Origin: Octopus vulgaris
Taxonomy: Eukaryota
Assembly: GCA_951406725.2 (NCBI GenBank)
Contig: OX597821.1
Span: forward strand, 18,104,001 to 18,168,000
DNA length: 64,000 nt
Direction of reading: 5' to 3'
The position numbers and the translations under genes are program-made. The notes below the pieces were generated by a model, which was given only the letters and a program-made list of their open reading frames with translations, did not search any database and was not told the DNA's origin. Below are positions 16,285 to 30,470 of this stretch, one piece after another (within the stretch, counting starts at the first letter, position 1; every line of letters starts with the position of its first letter).

Positions 16285-18632
16285 GCACCGCCTTAAAGGT
16301 TTTAGTAAATCGACCCCAGTACTAATTTTTTCTCAAGTCAGATACTTCTTTTAAGGAAGCTCTTAGCTACGTAAACAAACTAACACCAATTATCAAGTGG
16401 TAGAGAGATAGACACAACCCCACATATATATATATAATATATCTGTTAATGTAATATGTGACAGTTATTTTCTTTCAGTTTCTATCAACTAAATCCATTC
16501 TTAGGTCCTCCTGCGCCGTGTGGCACATTGGGCGGCAAGGCTTCTCCAACGTGGTCAGTGGGCCGCGGCGATCTCAGCTTCATCACATGAAATGTCAATG
16601 GCTTTGAGGTCATCGATGAAGGTGCGGCGCCAAGTTGCTTTTGGTCGCCCTTGTTTTCTCTTGCCATGCGGTGGATTCCACAGAATGGCGGTATTCGCAT
16701 GCCGCGACGATGATAATCGGAGGACACGGCCTGTGAATCGCAAGCGGCGCTCAGTGACAACGTCATGGAGTGGACGGGTATCAGTTCGGAAATGTATCTT
16801 GTCATTGGTGATGTGGTTCAGGTATGATATTCGCAGTATTCGCCGGAAGCATTGTAGCTAAAATACATTGAGCCTTCGCGCATCTTTGCCTATGTCTTCC
16901 ACGTTTCCGCTGCATATATTGCCGATGGTATGACGATGCTGTTAAAGAGGTGCACTTTGGTCTTGGTGGATATCGCCCTGCCTGCCCAGATAGATTTCAG
17001 TCTTTGAAAGACAGCCGAGGCCTTCCTCAATCCGGCAGGCAAAGTCGCGTTCGGCTTCTCTGTCGTTGGCCACGACGCTGCCCAAATAAGTGAACTCAAC
17101 AACTTGCTCGATTTGGTGTTGTCCAGTCATCAAGGAGACACCATTGTTGATCACCATAAGAGACACCATAAGAGATAGGAGAGGGGATAGAATGCACCCT
17201 TGCCGTACACCGGTCTCAATGGCAAAGTAATCGGTGTAGCCCATTTCCGTTCGAACGCAGCACCTTGTCTTGCGGTAACGGCTTCGAAAGGCTTCAACGA
17301 AACGCTCTGGAATGCCGGAGTCACGAGCGATGCACCACAACGAACTCCGGTGTACGCATTGATCAGGATCCAAGTCTCGCATTGATCAGGATCCAAGTTC
17401 GATCTTGACTCCATCGCTCCTTGTATGCGCCACGACATCTGCTGATGGTCTTCTCGGCACTTTCGATAATTGCCTCTCTGAACTTCCCAAAGTAGCCGTC
17501 GACGTCGACCTCGTCCACGTCTGCGAGAGGTCGGAATCGGTTTCTCAGTTCCCGTCAAGCACCCCAATCGAAGCCGACACGAAGGTAATGATCCGAGCTC
17601 GCATCTGCTCCCCGGCACGTCCGCATGTCCAGCAGGGCCGATCTCCACCGCTTACTAATACAGATGTCCCAAGCCTGGCTGCAATAGCAGGAGGGTTGAG
17701 CGTCGGGCCAGCAACCCGACCCCATAAAAAACCAACTCCGCCGGGGCCAGTCCCAAGCCCGGTTACAAAAGGAGGAGGATTGGGTGTCGGACCAGCGACC
17801 CGACCCCGTAAAAGAACCCCAGTGCTACAGAAACAGCAAGAACAAACCAACTTGTTCAAACAGACCGCGAAGGAGGCGACCACTTTACTATGACGGTGTT
17901 GGATCAATGCCGTCAGGACATCAAACACCCGATATGTGGTTCGATCTTCAATGCAAAACAATCAACAAAAGTGGGACTTGGAATGTGAGGACACTGTACC
18001 AGTGTGGCAGACTTGTACAGCAACTTGAAGAAGTGGAAAGATATCAGATGAACATCCTCGGAATTAGTGAAATGAGATGGACTGGTAGTGGACGGTTGAT
18101 CAGTGACGGCAGGACTGTTATCTACTCGGGCCACGAAGTGGAACACGCGCAAAGAGTCGGCATCGTCATATCCGCAAGGGCAACTGGAACGCTCATCGGA
18201 TGGCGACTTGCCAGCGATCGTATCATCACCGTCCGATTCCAAACGCGGTTGTCCAGAATCACGGTCATCCAGGCCTATGCCCCCATCGAAGACGTAGAAG
18301 AAGCCTATAAGGACGCTTTCTACGACCAACTACAGGACGTCCTGGATGATGCCCCTCGTCACAATTTGGTTCAACTAATTGGCGACTTCAACGCCAAAAT
18401 CGCGAGAAACCTACAAGGCTACGAGCACGTAATTAGCCCAAACGGCGACTGATGCTAGCGGCAACGTCGATTGGTTGGTCTCATTCTGCTCAACGACGAA
18501 ATCCATTCACAAGGTTTTAATCAGCCGAGGACAACAGTATAAGACACTTGCCCAAAGTGCTACGCAGTGGGTTTGAAACTGAAACCACGCGGTTGAGAAG
18601 CAAATTTTTTGCTACACGGCCACTCCTGCGTC
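16285..18632 (-). mobile_element. tRNA-derived SINE (family A) split by the RTE insertion
   Basis: 16285-16500 and 18499-18632 join into the family-A sequence (...cagtttc...aaatccattc|acaagg...gacacttgccc...). Confidence 0.7.
16501..18498 (-). mobile_element. RTE-clade LINE with 5' inversion and internal deletions, inserted into a SINE
   Basis: Minus strand 16501-17650: APE end (..GADASSDH), TGVRQGCILSPLL, FTYLGS, GKRKQGRPKATWRRT. Plus strand 17650-18498: 5'UTR and APE start (GTWNVRTL, ILGISEMRW, QAYAP, GDFNAK). TSD aaatccattc at 16491-16500 and 18499-18508. Confidence 0.88.
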
Positions 18633-18740
18633 TATAAACCACCAACATAAACATATGTAATTAACCAAGGTAGCTTCTCATAGCACGTTTAGTATCATCC
18701 GAAATGTGCAGTCCCTAAGTATAAACTGATTTATCTATCA

Positions 18741-20555
18741 CTGGCAGGAGTACCCGGCGTTGCTCGGGTATTAAATTCACGGCAATAGTCTTCATAGGTT
18801 CTACCATTTTTTTCATTGTACTTATCTTTGAATATTTTTTGCCTTAAATTGCAAACAATGACAATGAGGAAGAAGTGATTTTTCCCATAGACATAAGCTA
18901 GTAAAATTAGGTGAAGAGCCTTGGAGAAGCCACAAGAACATCGCAGGGGGTGCAAGAATTGAATGTAAAGTGGCCCTGAAAAGGGCCATGTTATCGTTCT
19001 CACAATAGCCCTGAAAAGGATTGTTAACCGTTCACAGGTATAAACGTCTTTTTTCGTTCACATGAAAAGCAGTGGGTGCAGTGATTCCAAAACTCAAACC
19101 ATCTGCAAAGATATTGAGAAGCTGTAGTGGACAAAATAAAAAAAAAAGACTTAAGAAAAACAGGCAATTTTGAAAGAATCGCAACAATAGTACTCACTCA
19201 CCATAAACCGGTTCGGCAGGGAAGCTGTGGCATTTTGGATGGCTTACAGCACCTCACGGTAGACGACAATTTTCGTTTTGGCTTTCGGGGCGAACACGAA
19301 AAGGTGTTTTTTGTATCCGACTCTCGAGCATCCGACGTATAATTGGCTGTGCGAGAAGCATGGTTGGCCTAAATGGAGGCATGTCATTGTTAGTGTTTGG
19401 CCTTGGGACTTGTTGATGGACATGGAAAGGCAAAGTGGAAGAGGGAACTGAAGTCGACGCAAGGGACAGAGGCATTGCTTATCTGATGGAGTGAGAGGTA
19501 TAAATACGTCTCCGATGCCGCAACCCGTAAGAAATGTTGCTTCAATAACATGAGGCAGCACATTTTTTACCACTAACCACGTTCCGTTGTACAGACGTGG
19601 TAGCTCCAGGTTCCTCAGCAGCATGACCGGAGCTCCAATGCTCAGCAGCATGACCGGAGGGGTGCAAGGAATTGAGGAATTCTGCGGGAAAATTAACGGC
19701 CTCTTTTTGGTCCACAACAGTGTCCACAGACTTGTAAGTGTGGAGTTTTCCAGGAAGGCTTCGTAGTAGGGGTTCATTGTGTTTCGCAACAAATGTGGTT
19801 TTAGGAGCTAATATGGCTCTATCGCACAGCCAATTCAGGCAGATCGAGGCAAACAGCGGTCGTAGGGTCGTCCACAGTATCCACAGGTGTGTCTACGTGT
19901 AAGACAGCCATCTCTCCAGTTGCATCGGAAGGAGCTGTGTCATCACCAACGGTGAGAAGTTGCTTGGAGAAGTCACCCGATAAATTGTCGCCGAAAAGCT
20001 GGGCCCTCATGTTCGGTCAAAAATGAGGGCTTTAAGGGCAAAAAGTCGATTTTCTACTCATATTTTCGCAATTTTTGGTCATACACGGATGAATTCTGTT
20101 CAAATCTTAGGATGAGTAAATAGTGTGTAAAGTTTGAACGCAATCCACCAAAGCAGTGAGAAGTTTTAAAGGTTTAAAGGGGGGGAAAGTGTATAAAAAT
20201 CGATTTTTTTTTTCAGTTTTTTTCGGGTTTTTTTGTCACACAGGGATTCCTTTGGACATAGAACAGATACTTGATAGAACCACCGTAACATGGTGGCTTT
20301 TTAGCCGTAAAAACCAAGGAAATAGGACTTTCCAGTAAGAAGTTTTCTACCGTGTAACTTTGCAAAAATGCGAAAAATCGATTTTTTTCAAAGTTTTTTG
20401 CAATTTTCTTGGGAATCAGAGGCTTCAAGGCAGTGCCAAAATATGTGTCTGAAATGTCGCAACATGACGGTCCTTTTGACACCAAAATTATAAAAATCGG
20501 ACGTTCCTATAAAAACTTTTGTCGCTTGCAACTTTTGTCTTGTTTTGCAAATAAG
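18741..20555 (-). mobile_element. Helitron derivative carrying a PIF1-type helicase fragment
   Basis: ORF 19244-19792: VMLLRNL..RLYNGT..., RRLQFPLPLCLSMSINKSQGQTL, FSHSQLYVGCSRV. 3' hairpin cccgagcaacgccggg plus CCAG|T at 18741. The 5' boundary is uncertain. Confidence 0.85.
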
Positions 20556-20777
20556 GAGAGCAATAAGAAAATGGAGGGGAACAATAGGGGGTTCATCAAC
20601 TTTTAGACATTATATTATGTCAATTTATTTATTTATTTACTAAAATGAAAATTACAAGAAAATACACGCGTATATAACATATGCTTTACATATAAAAATA
20701 TATTAATATATAAAGATACCAGTAATTATTAAAATATAACATACAAGAATATAAATTGGGAAAATAAATTGGAGAAA

Positions 20778-20835
<58 letters not shown>

Positions 20836-20891
20836 GTGTATGTATGTATATATATGCATATATGAATAAATATATATATACATACGTGCAT

Positions 20892-20929
<38 letters not shown>

Positions 20930-20943
20930 TGTATGTATGTATG

Positions 20944-20974
<31 letters not shown>

Positions 20975-21029
20975 GTATGTATGTATGTATGTATGTATGT
21001 GTGTGTATGTATATGGTATCAGGACAAAA

Positions 21030-22320
21030 TCCCCCGGTGGTTAATATTACACCACAGGAATATTGATGAATTGCCTTGTTTTCTGTAACTTATTTAAATA
21101 GTAGTACATTCCCTTGCTTGTTTCATTTATTTTTTATGGCTTATACAGTTGCCCTCAAGGCGGTGAAGAATTTTTTGTATATAAACCCGCTTAACTTCCA
21201 CACAAAGAAGATGTAGTTTGTGAAGAGTATTGAAATTATTACATGGCGAATATATTTACGTAAAGCAGAAAGATTCGATAAATGGTGTGATATCTTACTA
21301 ATGTGAATGACGGCGGTCTAAGGCGTCATATAAAGCAAGGGTAAAATGCGTCAAGGTGAGACTATCGAACACTGTGATGCACACACATACCAGATACACC
21401 GAAGTGTGAAGCTGCAAAATTGTTTCAAGAAATTTTAAAAACGTGCAACAAAAACTGAAGAGACTACATTGCCGAATCTTGTGCATCTGAATCGGAAGAG
21501 GCAGCTACAAAAATACCTTCCCTCCATATCCTTCGATGAGATGTAAGACGTTATAAACAGAAGAAAAGGAACTATTTGCTGTTATCATCATGTGCTCAAA
21601 ATCTTATTATATCTGAAAACCCTGAAAACAACCAAAGAGGGGATTTTTTTGTTGCATGATTCAACGTTTTACGGCAAGATTTTGATATTTGGAACGAATA
21701 AAAGCATAGAATTTCTAAAAAAAAAAGTTCTCTCATTTCTTTCTTCTTACAGCATTCACCCGGGGTGGGTTGAGCTGGCTTCATTTACCCTCAATGCTGC
21801 ATCTCTCACAAACGCCGACCAGGCCTGGCGATTTGAGGCCAACGACCGTGTGATCTCCAACCACTCCTTATTCCAGCGGCGAATGCCGTAGATATGGGGG
21901 GCCTAGGTTGGGTTCCAGATAAGCCTTGACCGTCATCAGCCAGGTTTTTCGTTGTCCACCACAACGCTTTCGCTAATCCTGAAGATTGCTGGGGCAATTG
22001 CTTCGTAGATGAATTCTCCTGGTTGACGACGGAGGGCATGACCCTGCCAACGCAGACGTCTCATTAGGATGACTTGTCGGAGGGAGGTGATTCTGCACTT
22101 GTGTCGCACCGAATTGTTGGAGACAAAGTGATGCCATCAGACATTTGGATTTTGATGGAACATTTAAAGTAGTTCCTGATACTTTAAAGCAGTTTTATAC
22201 GATTCATAGCATAGAAGATCAACACTATACCATGCATCTATGCACTCTTGACGGTTAAGACTCAGATAAGTTATAACAAATTAATACAGGAAGAAAATAA
22301 CTTAACAAACTGCACTCCTC
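21030..22320 (+). mobile_element. Decayed MULE-type transposase remnant
   Basis: About 22150-22290 reads DGTFKVVP..QFYTIH...IPCIYALL..KTQISY (MULE domain), and 21600-21720 reads KILIFGT. Fragmented and interrupted by other sequence. Confidence 0.55.
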
Positions 22321-22594
22321 TGGGTGCAATTTATCGCCGAAGAGTGGCAGAAATAGCCCGAACCCAGGACTGGTCTACTGGTCCTGTCGCTAGAAGATGG
22401 TAGGGCTTCGCTTCCCTGCTCGCAATTTATCGGACGCAGCTCCGCATCGTTAACCAGCTAGAGGAGATGTCCTCTTGGTGTTAGAATATCACAGTAGAGT
22501 CCATTCGAACGGACAGCTTTTTTGAAATGGCTACCAATATTACTTGTCAGTACAACTGTCAGAGAGATCTTAGAACTAGCATTTTTGCTTATAC

Positions 22595-22642
<48 letters not shown>

Positions 22643-22807
22643 ATGAATGTGTGTATGTATATTTATGTATATTTAAAGAGAGGGAGAAAATTAAGTGGGT
22701 TTTATTTTTATTCATCTGTGCGTGCATCGAATTCTGGCTACCTAGAATAATGCCATAATTAATTATCATATTTACCACACATTCAGTGAGGACATACTTT
22801 TGTCATA

Positions 22808-23188
22808 TCTTTATATATAAAAGTGAAGTTCTGTGTCTGTCTCCTACGATTTAGATTCCTAACTACTCCCACATTTTGCGGTGCAGTGTAACCAAAAGCG
22901 GGTATCTTATAGTCGTGATTCATATCGAGCCCTTCTGGGTATTAGCGCGTGTCTACGATGAGTCTACGATTTAAAAAATAATTTACCATCATTTTTTTTC
23001 CATTTTAATGCATTTTTTCGCTATTAAAAAAACCCTTGTCTACGATGAGTCAACGATTTAAAAAAAAATTTACCATCATTTTTTTCCATTTTTAATGCAT
23101 TTTTTGCTAATTTTTGGCTATAACTCTCTAAAAATGCTTTATAGTTATTTCCCTTACAAACCCGAGCAACGCCGGGCGATACTGCTAG
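22808..23188 (+). mobile_element. Non-autonomous Helitron
   Basis: A|TC 5' end, GC hairpin plus CTAG|T 3' end, no TSD. Internal tandem duplication around 22950-23110. Homologous to 60968-61274. Confidence 0.88.
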
Positions 23189-23244
23189 TGAAAATATTTT
23201 ACAAAGCGTAAGATATTTGTGCACGTTAACAAATAAAATAATAT

Positions 23245-23319
<75 letters not shown>

Positions 23320-23924
23320 TATTACGCAGGCACACACTCGTATACATATATGCATAATATACTTACATATACTTATATGTATACATACAAATATACATGT
23401 ATACACTCACGCTCACACACACACACACATTAAGTATGATATATAGATGGCTGTTTCAATCAAGTACCACATCAATCGCGTATGCCGGATATATATATAT
23501 ATACTTATATTTACTTACTTGCGTATATACACACGTACGTGTGTATACACATATACGTGTATATATGTGTGCGCGTGAATATATATATATATATATGTAT
23601 ATATATATGCATTTATACCTGTGCATATTACATATCAAAGGTATTTAGTGTCATCAAAAAGATACTTATAAACGTATTTACATATATTCATGCATGTGTA
23701 CATATGTGTGTGTGTGTGTTTTCATGTGCGGGTGGGGGTGGAGGGGGGTTGTTACATGTCAAAGGCATTTAGAAACATCAAAGAGATACGGCAGCAATTA
23801 ATGACAATTTCTTTAAGTACCTGCCAATATCTCACTTCCTTCCTGTTTTATGCCTGTGCATACATCCTCGCTGAAACTCTCAGATGCATAATCATAGATG
23901 CACACAGACACACGCACACACACA

Positions 23925-23933
23925 TATGTATAG

Positions 23934-23973
<40 letters not shown>

Positions 23974-24064
23974 TGCATGTATGTATGTGTATAGTACATA
24001 TATGTATATATATATATATATACGCATATATATATATATATACATATATATATACATACATATA

Positions 24065-24130
<66 letters not shown>

Positions 24131-24137
24131 TGCATAT

Positions 24138-24205
<68 letters not shown>
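23925..24205. repeat. (TA)n-rich microsatellite cluster
   Basis: Visible runs. Confidence 0.9.
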
Positions 24206-24208
<3 letters not shown>

Positions 24209-24660
24209 TATTTACATAGAAACACACAGGGAAACACAACACGGAGATGCATGAACGCATAGATAGGCCATACGACGCATATTTTATTGTTCGTGCGCAT
24301 AAATACTTACAGCTACACGAATATTCGGAAATATTATCTAGAAAAGAATCCATTTTGCACGTTCATATAAGCACATAAACATGCACTCACACACATACAA
24401 TCACACACTCACTCACTCACTCACTCACTCACACTCACACTCACAGTGACACATGTCAAAAGGATGCACCACCACCACCAACTCCGCTTCGTTGTTATTC
24501 TGATTTCTAATTATCGGTATATGTCATATTCAATTCTCTAGAGAGAAGGAGGGGGTTATCGAGGAAGAGAGAGAGTGACTGACAGAGGGGGGACGAGGGG
24601 ATTTTATTGGAATACGAAGAGAGAGAGATAGGAAGGAACGACACTGAAATCGGAAGCGTT

Positions 24661-25710
24661 TGGTGGTGGTGGTGGTGGTGGTGGTGGTGGTGGTGGTGGC
24701 GGTGGTGGTGGTGGTGGTGGTGGTGGTGGTGGTGGTGGTGGTGGTGGTGGTGGTGGTGGTGGTGGTGGTGGCAGTGGTGGTGGTGGTGGTGGTGGTGGTG
24801 GTGGTGGTGGTGGTGGTGGTGGTGGTGGTGGAGGTGGTGGTTGTGGTGGTGGTGGTGGTAGTGGTGGTGGTGGTGGTGGTGGTGGTGGTGGTGGTGGTGG
24901 TGGTGGTGGTGGCAGTGGTGGTGGTGGTGGCAGTGGTGGTGGTGGTGGTGGTGGTGGTGGTGGCAGTGGTGGTGGTGGTGGCAGTGGTGGTGGTGGTGGT
25001 GGTGGTGGTGGTGGTGGTGGTGGTGGTGGTGGTGGTGGTGGTGGTGTGGTGGTGGTGGTGGTGGTGGTGGTGGTGGTGGTGGTGGTGGTGGTGGAGGTGG
25101 TGGTTGTGGTGGTGGTGGTGGTGGTGGTGGTGGTGGTGGTGGTGGTGGTGGTGTGGTGGTGGTGGTGGTGGTGGTGGTGGTGGTGGTGGTCGGTGGTGGT
25201 GGTGGTGTGTGGTGGTGGTGGTGGTGGTGGTGGTGGTGGTGGTGGTGGTGGTGGCAGTGGTGGTGGTGGTGGTGGTGGTGGTGGCAGTGGTGGTGGTGGT
25301 GGTGGTGGTGGTGGTGGTGGTGGTGGTGGTGGTGGTGGTGGTGGTGGTGGTGGTGGTGGTGGTGGTGGTGGTGGTGGTGGTGGTGGTGGTAGTGGTGGTG
25401 GTGGTGGTAGTGTGGTGGTGGTGGTGGTGGTGGTGGTGGTGGTGGTGGTGGTGGTGGTGGTGGTGGTGGTGGTGGTGGTGGTGTCGGTGGTGGTGGTGTG
25501 GTGGTGGTGGTGGTGGTGGTAGTGGTGGTGGTGATAAATGATGATGATGACGATGACGAAGTTGTTGATGAAGGATGATTATGATGACGATGAGAACGAC
25601 GATGACGATGACGACGACGACGACAGCAACGACTTGAGGATGATGATGACGATTAAATGATGATGACAAGGATGACGATGTTGACGCTGATCACGATGAC
25701 GACGATGATT
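24661..25710. repeat. ~875-bp (GGT)n tract followed by (GAT/GAC)n
   Basis: Visible run with occasional GCA/GTA/GAG variants and frame slips. Confidence 0.95.
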
Positions 25711-26138
25711 TTATATAATTACGATAGCTGTGATGTTTTAATTGTAATTGAGATTGCTAAGATACTGTGCGTGTGTCTGTATGTGTGTGTGTTCGTGTGT
25801 GCGCGTGTATGTGTTTATATATGGTGTGTGTGTGTGTGTTTATATGTGATGTGTGTCGTAATGTGTTAGTATTAGAATGCGTGCATGTACAACGTATGTA
25901 TGTTGAATCCATGTATGTTGTCTACGTGTATGGCGTGTAAATACGATGTATTCAGAGTTATACCTGCAAAGTATTGAGCTAAAGTTCTGAAATATGCAGC
26001 GAATTCAGTGGTGTATAACAACGCTGTATAACAGAGTGTTGTACAATAGTCGTGTCGTGTATAACATAATACATTGGTGTACAGGAGTGGTTTATAAAAG
26101 AGTACAGCACTGTATAATACTTGTGTATAGAGACTTCA

Positions 26139-26218
<80 letters not shown>

Positions 26219-26221
<3 letters not shown>

Positions 26222-26590
26222 CTCAGGAGTGGCTGTGTGGTAAGTAGCTTGCTTCCCAATCATATGGTTCCGGGTTCAGTCCCACTGCGTGGCATCTTGG
26301 GCAAGTGTCTTCTGCTATAGCCCCGGGCTGACCAATGCCTTGTGAGTGGATTTGGTAGACGGAAACTGAAAGAAGCCTGTCGTATATATGTATATATGTG
26401 TGTGTGTGTTTGTGTGTCTGTGTTTGTTCCCCTAGCATTGCTTGACAACCGATGCTGGTGTGTTTACGTCCCGTCACTTAGCGGTTCGGCAAAAGAGACC
26501 GATAGAAAAAGTACTGGGCTTACAAAGAATAAGTCCCGGGGTCGATTTGCTCGACTAAAGGCGGTGCTCCAGCATGGCCGCAGAGTAAAG
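26219..26590 (+). mobile_element. tRNA-derived octopus-type SINE (family A)
   Basis: A-box TGGCTGTGTGG, B-box GGTTCAGTCCC. Near-identical to 29459, 59637 and 54440. Confidence 0.85.
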
Positions 26591-26595
26591 ATATA

Positions 26596-26643
<48 letters not shown>

Positions 26644-26646
<3 letters not shown>

Positions 26647-26708
26647 CAAAATAAGCAACAAGAATAACTTCGGAATAACCGAAGTTATTCTTGTTGCTTA
26701 TTTTGATT
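26644..26708. repeat. Perfect 30-bp fold-back hairpin with a 5-nt loop
   Basis: aatcaaaataagcaacaagaataacttcgg-aataa-ccgaagttattcttgttgcttattttgatt, directly after (TA)n. Confidence 0.95.
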
Positions 26709-26802
26709 ATAATCACCCCATGGATTTATATGGATAACACCATGCAAAATTCTGGTGCATCTAACTTAAGTACCGTATTCATTTGAACCTAAATTTTGCT
26801 GA

Positions 26803-26874
<72 letters not shown>

Positions 26875-27041
26875 TACCGTATTATATAGTTTTACTGTAT
26901 AACATAGTACTGTTGTGTGTGGTAGTTCTGCATAATACTATATACCAAGGTACAGTGGTGTATAGTAATGTACTATAACGCTGTATGACATAGTACAATG
27001 GTATATGGTATGACTATATAACTGTATAGTGTTATGCATGT

Positions 27042-27360
27042 GAGGGCGCGTGGCTTAGTGGTTAGGGCATTCGGCTCATGATCGTAAGGTTGTGAGTTCG
27101 ATTCCCGGCGACGCGTTGTGTCCTTGAGCAAGACACTTTATTTCACGTTGCTCCAGTCCACTCAGCTGGCAAAAATGAGTTGTACTTGTACTTCAAAGGG
27201 TCAGCCTTGTCACTCTCTGTGTCACGCTGATTATCCCCGAGAACTACGTTAAGGGTACACGTGTCTGTGGAATGCTCAGCCATTTGCACGTTAATTTCAC
27301 GAGCAAGCTGTTCCGTTGATCGTATCAGCTGGGACCCTCGTCGTCGTAACCGGCGGAGTC
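27042..27360 (+). mobile_element. tRNA-derived SINE (family B)
   Basis: GGCGCGTGGCTTAGTGGTTAGG...GAGTTCGATTCCC head, then gtccttgagcaagacactt core. Copies at 63087 (-) and 30178 (-). Confidence 0.85.
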
Positions 27361-27674
27361 TTATGCACTAATTGTATATCTTATTGCATAATTGATGTTG
27401 TTTATCCCTGGGTCAGTCCTGAGCAAGCAAGCCTATGATCAAAAGCATTCCAGAAATGACCATCCGTGCTTCTCGCAAGCATTGCTTTTCTAGGATTATA
27501 TTATCCAATGTATCTCCTCACCTCTTTTCAAAATTCTTCTGTGTCGTTTGAGGGAGATATAGTTGCTTTTTTTAGCAGGTTGGGTAACTAGAAAGATTCA
27601 TCTTCATTAACTCGTGATGTATGTAACATAACAGAATATTATAGAAAATTGTTTTGTAGTAGACGTAAGCGGTA

Positions 27675-28100
27675 TATGCATACATGTATGTATATGCATG
27701 CGTAAACATGCACACATGTACGTACACACATACATAGGTATGAGTGCACATACTTATAAACATGTATACATGAATACGTACATACAGACAGACAGACAGA
27801 CAGATATAGGTACATGCACACATACAAACATACATACACACACACACATACATACATACATACATACATACATACATACATGCATGCATGGGTACATACA
27901 TACATACGTACATACATACAGACAGACAGACAGATATAGGTACATGCACACATACAAACATACATACACACACACACATACATACATACATACATACATG
28001 CATGCATGGGTACATACATACATACGTACATACATACACACATACATACATACATACATACATACATACATACATACATACATACATACATACACAGACG

Positions 28101-28132
<32 letters not shown>

Positions 28133-28174
28133 CATATATACATACATACACACACAGACGCATACATACATACA

Positions 28175-28208
<34 letters not shown>

Positions 28209-28705
28209 CATACATACATGCATACATACATACATACATACACACATACATACACACATACACACATACATACATACATACACACACACATACATACACA
28301 CATACATACATACATACATACATATATACATACATACATACATACACACACACATACATACACACATACATACACACATAAATACATCATACATACATAC
28401 AAACATACACACAAACATACATACATACATACACACACAGACGCATACATACATACATACATACACACACAGACGCATACATACATACATGCATACATAC
28501 ATATATACATACATACATACTTACATACATACATACACACACAGACGCATACAAACATACATACATGCATACATACATATATACATACATACATACTTAC
28601 ATACATACATACACACATACACACACAGACAGATACATGTATACATACATACATGCATGCATACATACATACATACATACATACATACATACATACATAC
28701 ATACA

Positions 28706-28739
<34 letters not shown>

Positions 28740-28920
28740 CATACATACACACATACACACATACATACATACATACATACACACACACATACATACACAC
28801 ATACATACACACATAAATACATCATACATACATACATACAAACATACACACAAACATACATACATACACACACAGACGCATACATACATACATACATACA
28901 CACACAGACGCATACATACA

Positions 28921-28954
<34 letters not shown>

Positions 28955-29233
28955 CATACATACATACATACATACATGCATACATACATACATACATACA
29001 TACATACATACATACATACATACATACATACATACATACATACATACATGCATACACACACACATACATACATACATACATACATACATACATACATACA
29101 CACACATACATACATACATACATACATACATACACACACATACATACATACATACATACATACATACATACATACATACATACATACATACATACATACA
29201 TACATACATACATACATACATACATACATACAT
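27675..29233. repeat. ~1.55-kb compound (ACAT)n tract with higher-order duplications
   Basis: CATA/CACA/CAGACG variants. Source of the MYVC/HTYI ORFs. Confidence 0.95.
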
Positions 29234-29458
29234 AGTTGAATAAGCAAGCATACCAACTTACATAGAAATACTATCACTCTGAAGAAATACCGAGGAGATA
29301 CCCACTGTGAACATAGAACCGAAATAACTCATCGTTAGTAGAGTAAGAGGATAAAACTAGAAAATATCGAACAGTTAAATACCATCATAAGGTGTAAGGT
29401 AACTAGTAAGTTCACCGCATACCAGTTATGTCTGGTGAAAAATATTACGAAATTGGAC

Positions 29459-29621
29459 AGGCGCAGGAGTGGCTGCGTGGTAAGTAGCTTGCTAACCAAC
29501 CACATGGTTCCGGGTTCAGTCCCACTGCGTGGCATCTTGGGCAAGTGTCTTCTGCTATAGCCCCGGGCCGACCAATGCCTTGTGAGTGGATTTGGTAGGT
29601 AGACGGAAACTGAAAGAGGCC

Positions 29622-29698
<77 letters not shown>

Positions 29699-29910
29699 TT
29701 GTGTGTGTGTGTTTGTCCCCCTTGCATTGCTTGACAACCGATGCTGGTGTGTTAACGTCCCCGTCACTTAGCGGTTCGGCAAAAGAAACCGATAGAATAA
29801 GTACTGGGCTTACAAAGAATAAGTCCCGGGGTTGATTTGCTCGACTAAAAGGCGGTGCTCCAGCATGGCCGCAGTCAAATGACTGAAACAAGTAAAAGAG
29901 TAAAAGAGTT
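29459..29910 (+). mobile_element. tRNA-derived SINE (family A) with an internal (TA)n(TG)n expansion
   Basis: Same head and body as 26219, with a (gtaaaaga)n tail. Confidence 0.85.
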
Positions 29911-30177
29911 TAGGTGGAGATTCCCGTGGAGGAACTAAATAACTTTAAAACGAGCTAAGAATCTGGGTGAAGAACTTCGACAAGGCTTTTACTTGGAATG
30001 TATCATGGCTAAAGATAATCAAGAAAAAGTACTTTATTAACATCAACGCTAAAACTTATATAATTAAGTTTAAAACTTTCACAAAGCTATGGAAATGTTG
30101 CATGATGGAAAATGGCAACAAGAGACGTAAAATCTGAGTGATGGGATATTGACGTTCTACTGGAAGTATTTATGTGT

Positions 30178-30470
30178 GGATGGAAGCACTCCGTCGGTTC
30201 CGACGACGAGGGTTCCGGTTGATCCGAATCAACGGAACAGCCTGCTCGTGAAATTAACGTGTAAGTGGCTGAGCACTCCACAGACACGTGTACCCTTAAC
30301 GTAGTTCTCGGGGATATTCAGCGTGACACAGAGAGTGACAAGGCCGGCCCTTTGAAATACAGGTACAACAGAAACAGGAAGTAAGAGTGAGAGAAAGTTG
30401 TGGCGAAAGAGTACAGCAGGGATCACCACCATCCCCTGCCGGAGCCTCGTGGAGCTTTATGTGTTTTCGC
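30178..30470 (-). mobile_element. Chimeric SINE: family-C 5' part joined to a family-B 3' part
   Basis: 30178-30370 matches the reverse complement of 27180-27360. 30380-30470 matches 4410-4497. Confidence 0.7.

Noticed and set aside
19244-19792. Host PIF1 helicase gene
   Set aside because: Fragmentary, with an internal duplication and a Helitron 3' hairpin terminus, so it is transposon-derived.
27042-27115. Possible tRNA gene (also the heads at 26219, 29459, 59637 and 14200-14272)
   Set aside because: The tRNA-like heads run directly into SINE bodies, lack a clean acceptor stem and are multi-copy.
29270-29345. Hammerhead-like CTGAAGA...GAAA-taac..gtta
   Set aside because: Stem II does not pair next to the core and the stem I register is off, so it was not counted.
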